Below are positions 10,995 through 20,682 of a DNA stretch of 64,000 nucleotides, in pieces. Source of the DNA: an uncultured Gammaproteobacteria bacterium (GTDB taxonomy: Bacteria > Pseudomonadota > Gammaproteobacteria > CAWCPV01). The stretch covers positions 148,085-212,084 of the forward strand of contig CAWCPV010000007.1 of the NCBI GenBank assembly GCA_963797555.1, written 5' to 3'. The notes beneath the pieces were generated by a model. It made no database searches, was not told the DNA's origin, and saw only the letters and a list, made by a program, of their open reading frames with translations. The position numbers were made by a program, and so were the translations under genes. Position 1 is the first letter of the stretch; every line of letters begins with the position of its first letter.

Positions 10995-12085
10995 CCGCGC
11001 ACTTCCGCCGCGGACAGAAGTCGCTGCGCCGTCGCCAACACCTGCTCTACATCGATACTACGCATGCACGTATAGGCGCCGTTGCAGGTTGGGTGCCGAC
11101 GGCACGGAGAGCACGGTAGGCGGTGATACAGTACCGCGGCCTGCGGCATGGCCGGATCGAGGTAGGGGCGCGTCGAACCGAACAGTGCGAGCGTGGGGAC
11201 TCCGAGGGCGATGCCCAGATGCGTTAGGCCAGTATCGACGCCTACCAGGAGCGAGGCCCCTCGGATGGTGGCTGCGGCCTGACCGATGGTTGTCCGCCCA
11301 GTCAAATCCTCGATACAGGTAGGGGCTAACTCATGGATGCGCTGCGCTGCGGGGGTATCCGCACCTGAACCAAGGATGAGCGCCGGCAAGGACTGTGCCT
11401 GTGCCAGCCTTCTGGCGAGGTCCGCCCACCGTTCGTCCACCCAGTGTTTTTGGGGGCGGGTCGTGAAAGGGCAGAAGACTGCATAGCGAGCGCGGAGTCT
11501 GAGTGCCTTCAGACAGTCGCCGACCGCCTGCTCATCGTCGCGGCCGACGGCAACGTCCATGGGGAAGTCCCCCGGGGACAACTCAAGGTCCTTGGCCAAG
11601 CGGAAATATTCCGATCCGATACGCGGGTCATTGGGCGGGCGGTCGACCACCCGCGTCATCAGCAGCGCGCTCCCCTCTCTGGACCCCAAGCCGACGCGCT
11701 CGCCCGCTCCAGACAGGTACGCCCAGAGTGCGCTCTTCAGGAGCCCCTGGAGATCTAGGACGATGTCGAAACGCCGACGCCGAAGCTGCCGGGTGAAGTC
11801 TCGGACCTGCCGATATAGCGCGGGCAGTCGCCGGGTCCGGGCTAGTTGGCGCCAGCGGTGCCGCGGCCACACGATGACCTCATCCAGAGCGCGGTTGTGT
11901 TTCAGCAGGTCCTGTGCGGGCGGCTCCACGAGCCAGGCGAGGTAGGCTTGGGGATGGGCGCGGCGCAAAACTGGTATCAGGGCCGAGGCCATCACCACGT
12001 CGCCGATGGCACTCAGCCGAATGATGAGGATCCTCGGAGAGGCCCCCGGCTTCGCGGCGGCAGCCGGATCGCTAGCTGGTCTCAT
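10991..12085 (-). CDS. ADP-heptose:LPS heptosyltransferase (GT9, WaaC/WaaF/WaaQ-like)
   Basis: N-terminal motif ILIIRLSAIGDVV and a C-terminal GVDTGLTHLGIALGVPTLALFG region are typical of GT9. Confidence 0.8.
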   Translation of the reverse strand: MRPASDPAAAAKPGASPRILIIRLSAIGDVVMASALIPVLRRAHPQAYLAWLVEPPAQDLLKHNRALDEVIVWPRHRWRQLARTRRLPALYRQVRDFTRQLRRRRFDIVLDLQGLLKSALWAYLSGAGERVGLGSREGSALLMTRVVDRPPNDPRIGSEYFRLAKDLELSPGDFPMDVAVGRDDEQAVGDCLKALRLRARYAVFCPFTTRPQKHWVDERWADLARRLAQAQSLPALILGSGADTPAAQRIHELAPTCIEDLTGRTTIGQAAATIRGASLLVGVDTGLTHLGIALGVPTLALFGSTRPYLDPAMPQAAVLYHRLPCSPCRRHPTCNGAYTCMRSIDVEQVLATAQRLLSAAEVRG

Positions 12086-12102
12086 AGTGTACCCGATGGA
12101 CT

Positions 12103-13183
12103 CTAGCGAGCCCGGTGGGAGAGCTCGTCGTACATCGCGAGATAGGCGTCCAACACTAAGTGCTGGTTGTGACGCTCTTTCAGGACGCGGCTTCCATGAG
12201 CAATCAGCTCCGCCCGCAATGCAGCGGGTGCGCGCAGCAGGTCAAGAAGGCGCTCGGCTAGGGCATGGGGGTCCCTGCAGGGCACCAGTAGTCCATTGAC
12301 GCTGTCGTCGATCAGCTCCGCGGCACCGAGCGTGCGTGTCGCGACCACCGGAAGCCCGTGGCTCCACGCCTCGAGAATCACGTTGCCCAGGGGCTCGTGA
12401 CGGGAGGGACATACGAACACATCGGCGAGCTGATAGAAGGGGTCAGGGCGGTTCTGCCAGCCCGGCCAGCGCACCCGCTCGGCCACGCCCGCCTCGTCGG
12501 ACTGTGCCTGAAGCACAGCGCGCAGCGGCCCGTCGCCGATGATGATCAAGTACAGCGGTCTGCCATCCACGTCCGGAGGCAACTCCCGGAAGGCGCGCAG
12601 CAGGTCGCCGAAGCCCTTGACAGGGTGGAAGCGCCCGGCCGCGAGCAGAATCACGGCGTCGGGCGGGATGCCAAGGGTTTCCCGTAGCGCCTCGAATCTC
12701 CTGGCGTGGGAGGTCGGCCACATCCTCTACGAAGTTCCCGATGAAATAGACAGAACGTGCGGGCAGTCCCTCGCGGACCAAGTACTCACACACCCCGCGG
12801 GTATTTCCGACCCAGGCGTGGGCGTGGCGGTAGTAGCCATTGAGCTTGTAATAGCCGCCGAGCCGCGCCACGTGCACCGCGTTGCCTCGATGAGGTAAGC
12901 GCGTCAGACGCGTGGCCCTGCCCATGTAAGTTTGCACGATGGCGGGGCGGCGGCTGCGCACCAGTCGGCGGATGCGCCACACGGACAACACATCCCAGAT
13001 GTTGCGCATCGGGATGTGCACCTGCTCCACCGCGCCTTCCAGGGCTCGGGCGATCGGGGTCTTCGGCCGGGTCACGGCCAGCGCATGATGACCAGCTTCG
13101 TTCAGGGCGCGCACCAGACGCACGTAGAAGCGGTCAGCGCCGCCGAACTGGCGGCTGCCGATGACGTGCAGGGAGTCAATCAC
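12103..13183 (-). CDS. GT4 glycosyltransferase with an apparent frameshift near 12700-12730
   Basis: ORF 12443..13183 gives the GT4 N-domain up to ...VYFIGNFVEDV. ORF 12103..12723 gives the C-domain (RRFEALRETLGIPPDAVILLAAGRFHPVKG...EPLGNVILEAWSHGLPVVAT). Confidence 0.7.
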
Positions 13184-13363
13184 GCGTGCAGCCGTCGTGG
13201 AAGGTCAAGAGCGCTGCGCACGGCACCCCCGTCCCTCGGTATAACGCGTCCGATGCGCGCAGACCGTGTGGACCGGGAAGGGGTCCATCAACTGAGAGTG
13301 CAGTGAGAATCGGCGTCCCCTTCAGCACCGCTTCAGGTGCCCGTGCGCGCAGCGCCCCTTCGC

Positions 13364-15151
13364 TCAAGGCAGCGCACGGGGGACTACTTCCTTGTCCCTG
13401 ACAGCGAACTGTGCTCGGTACAGCCGGGCGTAGTGCCCGTCGCGCTGCACCAAAGCCGGGTGCGTTCCCATCTCGACGATGCGGCCCCTGCTGAGTACGA
13501 TGATGCGGTCCGCGTTCTTGATGGTAGACAGCCGATGAGCGATCACCAACGTAGTCCGGCCCCGGCGCAGGCGCTCCATGGCCGCCTGGACGGCATGCTC
13601 GGAGCGCGTATCGAGGGCGGAAGTCGCCTCGTCCAGGATCAGGACCGGGGCGTCCTTGAGGATGGCGCGCGCGATGGCGATGCGCTGCCGCTGCCCGCCG
13701 GACAGACGGACGCCATTCTCACCGATGAGGGTATCGAGCCCCCGCGGAAGTTCCTCGATAAACTCCATGGCGTGGGCGGCCTCAGCGGCCGCGATGATCT
13801 GGGTTTGGGAGTGACGCGTTAAGGTGCCGTACGCAATGTTGGCCGCGACGGTGTCGTTGAACAGTACAACCTCCTGGCTGACCAGCGCGATGTTGGTCCT
13901 TAACGCTGAAAGCTTGAGGTCGGCAATGTCGACGTGATCCAGCAGGATCTGGCCATCGGTCGGTACGTAGAACCGTGGCACCAGATTTACCAGCGTGCTC
14001 TTACCGCTACCCGAGGGCCCCACCAAGGCAACGGTTTCGCCGGGCGCTACCAGCAACGAGACATCTGCGAGCGCTTGTGTGCGGCCGTCGTAGCTGAAGC
14101 TAACCTGGCGGAACTCCAGGCGCCCCGCGGCACGACCCAGGGTCAGTGTGCCGTTGTCGGGCTCGGACGGCTGGTCGACCAGAGAGAACACGCTCTCGGA
14201 GGCCGCCAGACCGCGCTGTAGAGCCTCGTTGACGCGGGTCAAGCGCTTGATGGGTGAGAACAACAAGGCCATCGCGCCCACAAACGAGATGAAGCTACCG
14301 ATGGTCATCTGGTGCCTGGCGGACTGCTGGGAGGCGAGGTGGACGATGACCGCGAGGGCAATGACTGCTACCAGTTGGACGGCCGGAACGTTCGCAGCCG
14401 CTGCGGTCACCAGCTTCATGCGGTAGCGACGGTTGTGGTTGATGGCGTTTCTGAAGTTGCCGCTCTCGTAATCCTGCCCTCCGAACAGTCGTATGATCTT
14501 GTGGCCTCTTATGCTTTCCTCGAGGGTGTGGGTGATATCGCCCATCGACGCCTGAATGGCCCGAGACATGACGCGTAGACGGCGGCTGATGAGCTTCACC
14601 ATGACGGCGATGCCTGGACCCACTACCAGGGCGACCAGGGTCAGCCTCCAATCCAGATAGAGCATCCAGCCCAGCAGGCCGATGACGGTCAGCCCGTCCC
14701 GCACTGACACCGTGAGCACCTCGGTAGCGGCCTTGGTCACCTGTTCCACGTCGAAGGTCACTCGCGAGATAAGATTCCCCGAGGCATGGGCATCGTAGTA
14801 GCGTGTCGGCAGAACCAGGAGTTTTCCGAACATCGCTGCTCGCAGGTCCATGACGAGTCGGGTGGCCACCCAGCTAATACCGACGTCTCCGCCAAAGCTG
14901 GCCATCCCACGGAACAAGAACAGGCCTACCAGCAGAACAGGAAACAGGTGCAGAGGTCCGCCGTCTCTGTGTACGAAGCTGCCGTCCAGCATGGGCCTAA
15001 GGAGCGCGGGGACTGCCGGCTCGGTGGCCGCCTCGAGAATCATCGCGCCGATCGCTGCGGCAAACGTGCGCCAATACGGCAGGACGTGGCGCAACAGCCG
15101 CAGGTATAGCTGGCGGCTGCCCATGGTCTTGGCGAGGGTGGTGGGCGGCAC
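13364..15151 (-). CDS. msbA: Lipid A / LPS export ABC transporter MsbA (fused TMD + NBD)
   Basis: Six-TM ABC exporter domain, then Walker A GPSGSGKST, the signature LSGGQRQRIAIARA and Walker B ILILDEATSALD. Confidence 0.85.
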   Translation of the reverse strand: MPPTTLAKTMGSRQLYLRLLRHVLPYWRTFAAAIGAMILEAATEPAVPALLRPMLDGSFVHRDGGPLHLFPVLLVGLFLFRGMASFGGDVGISWVATRLVMDLRAAMFGKLLVLPTRYYDAHASGNLISRVTFDVEQVTKAATEVLTVSVRDGLTVIGLLGWMLYLDWRLTLVALVVGPGIAVMVKLISRRLRVMSRAIQASMGDITHTLEESIRGHKIIRLFGGQDYESGNFRNAINHNRRYRMKLVTAAAANVPAVQLVAVIALAVIVHLASQQSARHQMTIGSFISFVGAMALLFSPIKRLTRVNEALQRGLAASESVFSLVDQPSEPDNGTLTLGRAAGRLEFRQVSFSYDGRTQALADVSLLVAPGETVALVGPSGSGKSTLVNLVPRFYVPTDGQILLDHVDIADLKLSALRTNIALVSQEVVLFNDTVAANIAYGTLTRHSQTQIIAAAEAAHAMEFIEELPRGLDTLIGENGVRLSGGQRQRIAIARAILKDAPVLILDEATSALDTRSEHAVQAAMERLRRGRTTLVIAHRLSTIKNADRIIVLSRGRIVEMGTHPALVQRDGHYARLYRAQFAVRDKEVVPRALP

Positions 15152-15432
15152 GTCAGGGGCGGCAAGCCCGCCTGGGCTCAGCGACGGTCATGGTGGGGAT
15201 TACGCCACGCAGTGGTGTATAAGCAAACGGCATTAGCTTATCACACCGAGGTCAGTGGGTCCGGGGGGCCGCCACCTGGACTATCCAGCCCGGTAGGCCT
15301 CATGCCGTCAGGGTCCGTTGACGGAGACGGACGAGGTACTGGCTGAGGCGCGGCCACCGTGCGCTTGTTGAGGTTTCACCACTATGACCATGCGAGTGCC
15401 TGCCGCGAGCCCGGAACAGGCTGCCACGTTTC

Positions 15433-16632
15433 TCAGACGTAGAGCAGATACGGTCGCACCGACTCGCTGAACTCTCGCTCGCACCGGCGCCAGTGCGCAT
15501 AAAGATCGGGCAGCTCGCCACCCCCGTCCACGAGGTCGCGAATGCTGGTGTCCCCCGCGAGAAGATCGATGGCCAGCCGATCGCTCACGAACTCGTAGGG
15601 CTCGGTGCGCCAAGCGAAATCACTCGGATAGAGCCGCCGCAAGGCAATCAGCAACGCGACGCTCGTCGCCAGCGGTTGATAGCGGTGCCGGTCGGTGACG
15701 TGCAGTTGCACGGCGCCGCAGATCTGGCGGGAGAACTTGTGGAAGGCCGGCTCGATGAACGTGGCGCGGAAGGCGACGCCCTCCATGCTCCAGCTCCCGG
15801 CCGCCCGATCCATCTCCCGTTTCAGCGTCTGCGGGCAAATCCAGGGTGCGCCGAGCAGCTCGAAGGGCCGCGTCGTGCCCCGCCCCTCCGAGACATTGGT
15901 GCCCTCCAGCAGGCATTGCCCCGGATACACCGCCGCGGTGTCCAGGGTCGGCATGTTCGGCGAGGGCAAGACCCAGGGCAGGCCCGTCTGGTCGAACCAC
16001 TGGTCTCGCCGCCAGCCCTCGCAAGCAATGACGACCAGCGCGTCTTCGTCCGCAGGGATGTGCAGTTGCTCGCAGAACCAGAGCGCCAGCTCCCCGGCCG
16101 TGAGCCCGTGGCGGTTGGGGAGGGGGAAGCGACCCACGAAGGAGCCGTAGCCATCGGTATCGACCAGGTTGCCCTCGCGGCGATCGCCGCCGATCGGGTT
16201 GGGGCGGTCACAGACGATCACCTGGAGTCCCGTGGCGGCGCAGGCTTCCAGACAGTAAGCCAGGGTGTAGCCATAGGTGTAGTAGCGGCTGCCGACGTTC
16301 TGGAGGTCGAAGATCAGTGCATCCAACCCTTCCAGATGTTCGGGCCGGGGCTTGAGTGAGTCCCGCTCGCGGCCGTAGAGGCTGATTTCGGGAATTCCGG
16401 TGACCGGGTCCGCGGCAGCGCTGACCGCAATCATGTCCTGGGCCGTGCCGCGCACCCCATGCTCGGGCCCGAACAGGCGCCGCAGATCGGTCTGCGCGTG
16501 CCCATGGAGCGCGTCCACGGCATGCATGAAGTTCGGTAGGATCGCAGTCGAGTTGCAGCACAGGCCGACCCTCCGGCCACGCAGCAGGTCGACCCTGTCG
16601 GTCAGGAGGCGTTCCAACCCGGTGCGTACCAT
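15433..16632 (-). CDS. namZ: DUF1343 family protein (NamZ-like exo-beta-N-acetylmuramidase)
   Basis: 399 aa with the characteristic blocks RVGLCCNSTAI, LFGPEHGVRG and QNVGSRYYTYGYTLAYCLEA. Confidence 0.75.
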   Translation of the reverse strand: MVRTGLERLLTDRVDLLRGRRVGLCCNSTAILPNFMHAVDALHGHAQTDLRRLFGPEHGVRGTAQDMIAVSAAADPVTGIPEISLYGRERDSLKPRPEHLEGLDALIFDLQNVGSRYYTYGYTLAYCLEACAATGLQVIVCDRPNPIGGDRREGNLVDTDGYGSFVGRFPLPNRHGLTAGELALWFCEQLHIPADEDALVVIACEGWRRDQWFDQTGLPWVLPSPNMPTLDTAAVYPGQCLLEGTNVSEGRGTTRPFELLGAPWICPQTLKREMDRAAGSWSMEGVAFRATFIEPAFHKFSRQICGAVQLHVTDRHRYQPLATSVALLIALRRLYPSDFAWRTEPYEFVSDRLAIDLLAGDTSIRDLVDGGGELPDLYAHWRRCEREFSESVRPYLLYV

Positions 16633-16775
16633 CTGCCCTCAGCGCACGAGCGGCGGGCATCGCGCCGCTCGCCCGGAAAGGTCGGAGTCGACGACCCACC
16701 CCCCTCGGCCGTCCGCGGTGCGGTGCCAGTAGCAGGCCCGACGAAATGCGGTCGGCCGGGCGGGTCGGGACCGTG

Positions 16776-17675
16776 TTACATCAGCCGGTATTTCCGGAAC
16801 CTTTTGTCCCGCAAACTGGCTCCTTCGCCGCCCGCGGAGGCATCGGCGACCTCGCCGCGAATGGCGGCAAGGCGCTCCGACGCCGGTGGATGGGTCTTGT
16901 AGAAGCCGGTGTCGCTCCGGCCCGAGTTCCGTTCCAGCTTCTGCAGCATAGAAGCGAGCCCGGACGGATCGTAGCCCGAGGCGCGCAGGATCTGCACCGC
17001 CGCCTGGTCGGCATTCAGCTCTTGGTCGCGAGAGTAGCCGGAGACCACCATCCGATTCACGATGTCGTTGATGCTGGCGTCGAAGGCGTCGGTCAGCGCG
17101 ATGAGGTTGCGGCCTTGGCTGGAGCGCTGCAGGGCGGATTGACCGATGAGCGTGAATGCCTTGGTGAGATTGGAGGCGCGGATGGCGGAGAGTCCGTGCT
17201 GCAGCGTCACGTGGGCGATTTCGTGTGCCAACACGGCAGCGAGTTCGTCTTCCGATCCCACCATGCGATAAAGGCCGCTGGTTACCAAGATGAAGCCACC
17301 CGGCGCGGCGAAGGCGTTGATTTCCGGGGAGTCGATCAGCTCGAAGTGGTAACCGGCGAAGGTCTCCGGACGCGCGGAGAACTTGCTCAGATAGCCGCCG
17401 ACCTCGTTCAGGTACTGGTTGACCGAACGGTTCGCCAGCGGCCTGTAGCTGCCGAAGACCTGCGCGGCGACCGAGCGCCCGATGTAGTACTCCTCCTCCG
17501 GGGTGAGGTCCTCGACCCCCTTACGTAAGCTAGTCACCACCTCGGCGCCGGACCCGGCATGCTGCATCAGTGTGTTCCAGCCGCCGAGGTCGAACGCCCC
17601 CACCGTGCTCGGTGTCGCCGATCCGAACACCGCTGTGAGCCATAAGGGAGCGATGACCCGTTTCAGTTGCCCCAT
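16776..17675 (-). CDS. M48-family Zn metallopeptidase (BepA/YfgC-like), secreted
   Basis: N-terminal signal-like segment; HEIAH zincin motif inside ...AAVLAHEIAHVTLQHG... Confidence 0.8.
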   Translation of the reverse strand: MGQLKRVIAPLWLTAVFGSATPSTVGAFDLGGWNTLMQHAGSGAEVVTSLRKGVEDLTPEEEYYIGRSVAAQVFGSYRPLANRSVNQYLNEVGGYLSKFSARPETFAGYHFELIDSPEINAFAAPGGFILVTSGLYRMVGSEDELAAVLAHEIAHVTLQHGLSAIRASNLTKAFTLIGQSALQRSSQGRNLIALTDAFDASINDIVNRMVVSGYSRDQELNADQAAVQILRASGYDPSGLASMLQKLERNSGRSDTGFYKTHPPASERLAAIRGEVADASAGGEGASLRDKRFRKYRLM

Positions 17676-18367
17676 GGATCCACCCCGTGTGATTCGCGCC
17701 GCCGGTCATCCGATTCCTTCCGCGTCGCGCGAGGCTTTATCACGAAGGAAGCGGACCCGCGGCCGCTGGGTTCGCCCGCAGGCTGGCTAGCCTGGCTGGC
17801 CGGCGGCTGGCCCATGGTGATGAGTTGGCCGGCACTCGCAAACTTGCGGATCTCCTCGCTGTCCGCCTGTAGCCGCTCCAGTTTGTCCACCGCGGAAAAA
17901 TCGGCCCGTGGATAGCGCGTGCGGTACTGCTCCTCGACGTTGCGGTTGAACCCCTTTCCGGCCAAGGCCACTTCGTCTTCCGTATAGCCCTTGCCGGCGC
18001 TGGCGGGCTCGGGCGCACGACCCGCCAGCACGTCGAGGGCAGACCCGACCCCCGACAGCGCACCCGAGGCCGCTCCGCTCCCGCCACCCGCTCCCGACAC
18101 TGCGGAGCTGTGGACCCAGCCGGTCACCGTTCCGTACTGGACGCGGTACCAGCCCTGCGCTTCCCCCAGCACCTCCAGGCGCTCGGTGAAACTTGCGGTC
18201 GCGAGACTGGGGGAGAAGAATTGATGGTCGGACCGCACCGAGGTCTGCTTCACCTTCACCACCACTGTGGCAACAGCGGCGAGAACGGCTCCAACAAAGA
18301 CCGCGCCGGCGAGCAATGCAGCACTCAAGATCCCGATTCTTCTTCGGGACACGCTAACGCCCTTCAT
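17663..18367 (-). CDS. Membrane-anchored bacterial SH3-domain protein (3' end uncertain)
   Basis: Start at the ATG giving MKGVSVSRRRIGILSAALLAGAVFVGAVLAAV (a TM/signal anchor), then an SH3b-like block GWYRVQYGTVTGWVHSSAV. The ORF tail overlaps the M48 gene. Confidence 0.5.
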   Translation of the reverse strand: MKGVSVSRRRIGILSAALLAGAVFVGAVLAAVATVVVKVKQTSVRSDHQFFSPSLATASFTERLEVLGEAQGWYRVQYGTVTGWVHSSAVSGAGGGSGAASGALSGVGSALDVLAGRAPEPASAGKGYTEDEVALAGKGFNRNVEEQYRTRYPRADFSAVDKLERLQADSEEIRKFASAGQLITMGQPPASQASQPAGEPSGRGSASFVIKPRATRKESDDRRRESHGVDPWGN

Positions 18368-18390
18368 GCAACCTCGTCCCCGAGTTGCGC

Positions 18391-20526
18391 TCACTTGCTG
18401 ACATGGATAAATGCACCGTCCCAATCCTCAGCCGGGGGATTGTGCCGGAAGTGCCTGACCCGCGCCATCAGTGCTTGTGTGGGTGGATCGCCTCCCAGTT
18501 GCGGCATCTCTTGGAGAACCCTCTCCGCTTCGTCCCATGCGCGTTCCTGATAAGCCCGAAAGGCCGCTTCGTAATGCTGGCACAGGTCGATCTGCTGTGG
18601 CGTGGCCAGGTCCTTGGGGGCAATGGGCTCGTACACCCGAACCGCATTGCTCTTGCCCTTCACCTTCAGATAGTCGATCTGACGGCCGACGAAGCGTTCC
18701 CGCACCGGCTCCCACGCCGACTCGCCGATCAACATACGGCTGCCATAGGCCTTGTTGAGACCCTCGAGACGCGATGCCTGGTTCACGGTATCGCCGATGG
18801 CCGTATAGTCGAACCGCTCGCGCGAGCCCATGTTCCCGACGATGCATTCGCCCCGGTCGATGCCGATGCGCACCGCCAGCGGTAAGTCCGGGTAAAGGGA
18901 GGCGACGTAGGCGGCAAAGCGCTGCTGACATTCCAGGGCCGCCGCCACCGCCAGCTCGGACTGCTGGGCCTGATCCACGGGGGCCCCCCAGAAGGCCATC
19001 ACGGCGTCGCCGATGAATTTGTCTACCGTCCCTTGACGCGCCAGAATAACCTCGGTCATCTGGGATGTATAGTCGTTCAACATCGCCACCAAGGCTTGGG
19101 GTTCCAATCGCTCCGCCAGGGTGGTGAAGCCGGCCAGGTCGGCGAACAGGACAGTGATCTCCCGTTTCTCACCCCCGAGTTCCAGGCCGTGGGGCGACTG
19201 GATGATGCGTTGCACCACCTGCGGCGAAACGTAATGACTGAAGGCGCTCTGCAGGAACCGCCGGCGCCGACCTTCCGAATGGTAGCGGTAGGCAGAGGCC
19301 AGAATCAGGCCGCTCAGCGCACAGAGGATGAGCAAGGTCACGTCCCAGACCATCCCCTGGCGGAAACCGAGCTGGGTCGCCGCCAGGCCGCCGCTCAACG
19401 CGCCAGCGCTGAGCAGGGAAGACACCGACGACCGTTGGACCAGCACCGTGGAAGCCACCGCGGCCAAGGTCACTAACCCGGTCAAGAGAAGATTCCAGGC
19501 GCCGGCCGCCAAGTGCAGAAAATCTTTGTCCAGGGCGTTCGAGAGCAGTGTCGCCTGGAGGAAGGCCCCGGGCGTCACCGCGCTGACCGGTGTGGGCTTG
19601 AAGTCGAGGAGGCCGGGCGCCGTATAGGCGACGAAGACGTAACGGTCACGGAACACTTCCGGCGCGATGGGCGGCGTTTCACCTTTGGAGTGCATGACCG
19701 CCGATCGAATCACATCGACCGCCGAGAGGCGCTCGAACTGCTCGCCGCCGCCGCGAAAGCGCAGCAGTAGCCTGCCGGCGGAATCCACCGGCAAGCGCCG
19801 CCCGTCGAGACTCATGCCGTCCTCGTTGCCCCACCGCACCTCGCTGCCTTTCCCCACCAAAGCCGCCAGACCGAGGGCCGGCAGCAGACGCCCGCCAAGG
19901 ACCACGAAGGGAAGGGCGGAGCGATACACCCCGTCTTCATCCGGTCCTTGGGTGACGAACGCGACGCCGGCGGCGGCAGAGGAGATTGGCTCCACTGGCA
20001 GCGAGACGGTTGCCCGGGTGAGGGCATCGGGCGGCGTCCCGCGAAACCGGATACCCAATGCCGCCGACGCCTTGCCGCCCGCGGAATCACCACGAGAGAC
20101 GGCGGCGGCGAGATAAACCTTGCCGGAAGCGGCTACCGCATCGGCGAACTCCCGATCGATGTCCGGTCCGAATGGCGATTGGTTATTGAACAGCAAATCG
20201 AACAGGATGGCCTTGGCGCCGCCCATCGTTGCGTACTGCACCAACGGTTTATACAGGGTGCGGGGCCACGGAAAGGGGACGTTGTCCCGGTCGAAGTAGT
20301 CGAGGCTGCGCTGGTCGACCGCGACGATCAAGATGCGCCGGTCGCGGAACGCCGGGTCGCGGTGCAGCAGGTGTTGCAGATTGAGCGCCGTCAGGCGGAT
20401 CGGCGTGAGCGCCGGGGACTCCCCGAGGCCACCACCCAGCAGCATGGCGACCGCAGTGATGGCCGCTATTGCCAACCCCCTGGCGGTCGCGGTGGGGGGG
20501 CGGGTGGCCGCCGCCGTTTCCTTCAT
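18391..20526 (-). CDS. CHASE2 sensor domain + class III adenylate/guanylate cyclase
   Basis: Periplasmic CHASE2-like N-terminal half, then TM helices, then a cyclase homology domain (VLFADLAGFTTLAE...FIGDAVMAFWGAP...GDTVNQASRLE). Confidence 0.8.
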   Translation of the reverse strand: MKETAAATRPPTATARGLAIAAITAVAMLLGGGLGESPALTPIRLTALNLQHLLHRDPAFRDRRILIVAVDQRSLDYFDRDNVPFPWPRTLYKPLVQYATMGGAKAILFDLLFNNQSPFGPDIDREFADAVAASGKVYLAAAVSRGDSAGGKASAALGIRFRGTPPDALTRATVSLPVEPISSAAAGVAFVTQGPDEDGVYRSALPFVVLGGRLLPALGLAALVGKGSEVRWGNEDGMSLDGRRLPVDSAGRLLLRFRGGGEQFERLSAVDVIRSAVMHSKGETPPIAPEVFRDRYVFVAYTAPGLLDFKPTPVSAVTPGAFLQATLLSNALDKDFLHLAAGAWNLLLTGLVTLAAVASTVLVQRSSVSSLLSAGALSGGLAATQLGFRQGMVWDVTLLILCALSGLILASAYRYHSEGRRRRFLQSAFSHYVSPQVVQRIIQSPHGLELGGEKREITVLFADLAGFTTLAERLEPQALVAMLNDYTSQMTEVILARQGTVDKFIGDAVMAFWGAPVDQAQQSELAVAAALECQQRFAAYVASLYPDLPLAVRIGIDRGECIVGNMGSRERFDYTAIGDTVNQASRLEGLNKAYGSRMLIGESAWEPVRERFVGRQIDYLKVKGKSNAVRVYEPIAPKDLATPQQIDLCQHYEAAFRAYQERAWDEAERVLQEMPQLGGDPPTQALMARVRHFRHNPPAEDWDGAFIHVSK

Positions 20527-20682
20527 TCGGTCGTTCCCATCCGCGATTCAGATCTCTTCCGGTGCAGGTTACGGCGACCTCTGCCTACCGGGTCGCGGAT
20601 GGAGCGGGCACAGCCGGCGCGGAACGTTGGCGCCGGCGCGTCGGCCGCTTGCACAGCCGGGACCAACCGCGGTTCGATGACC

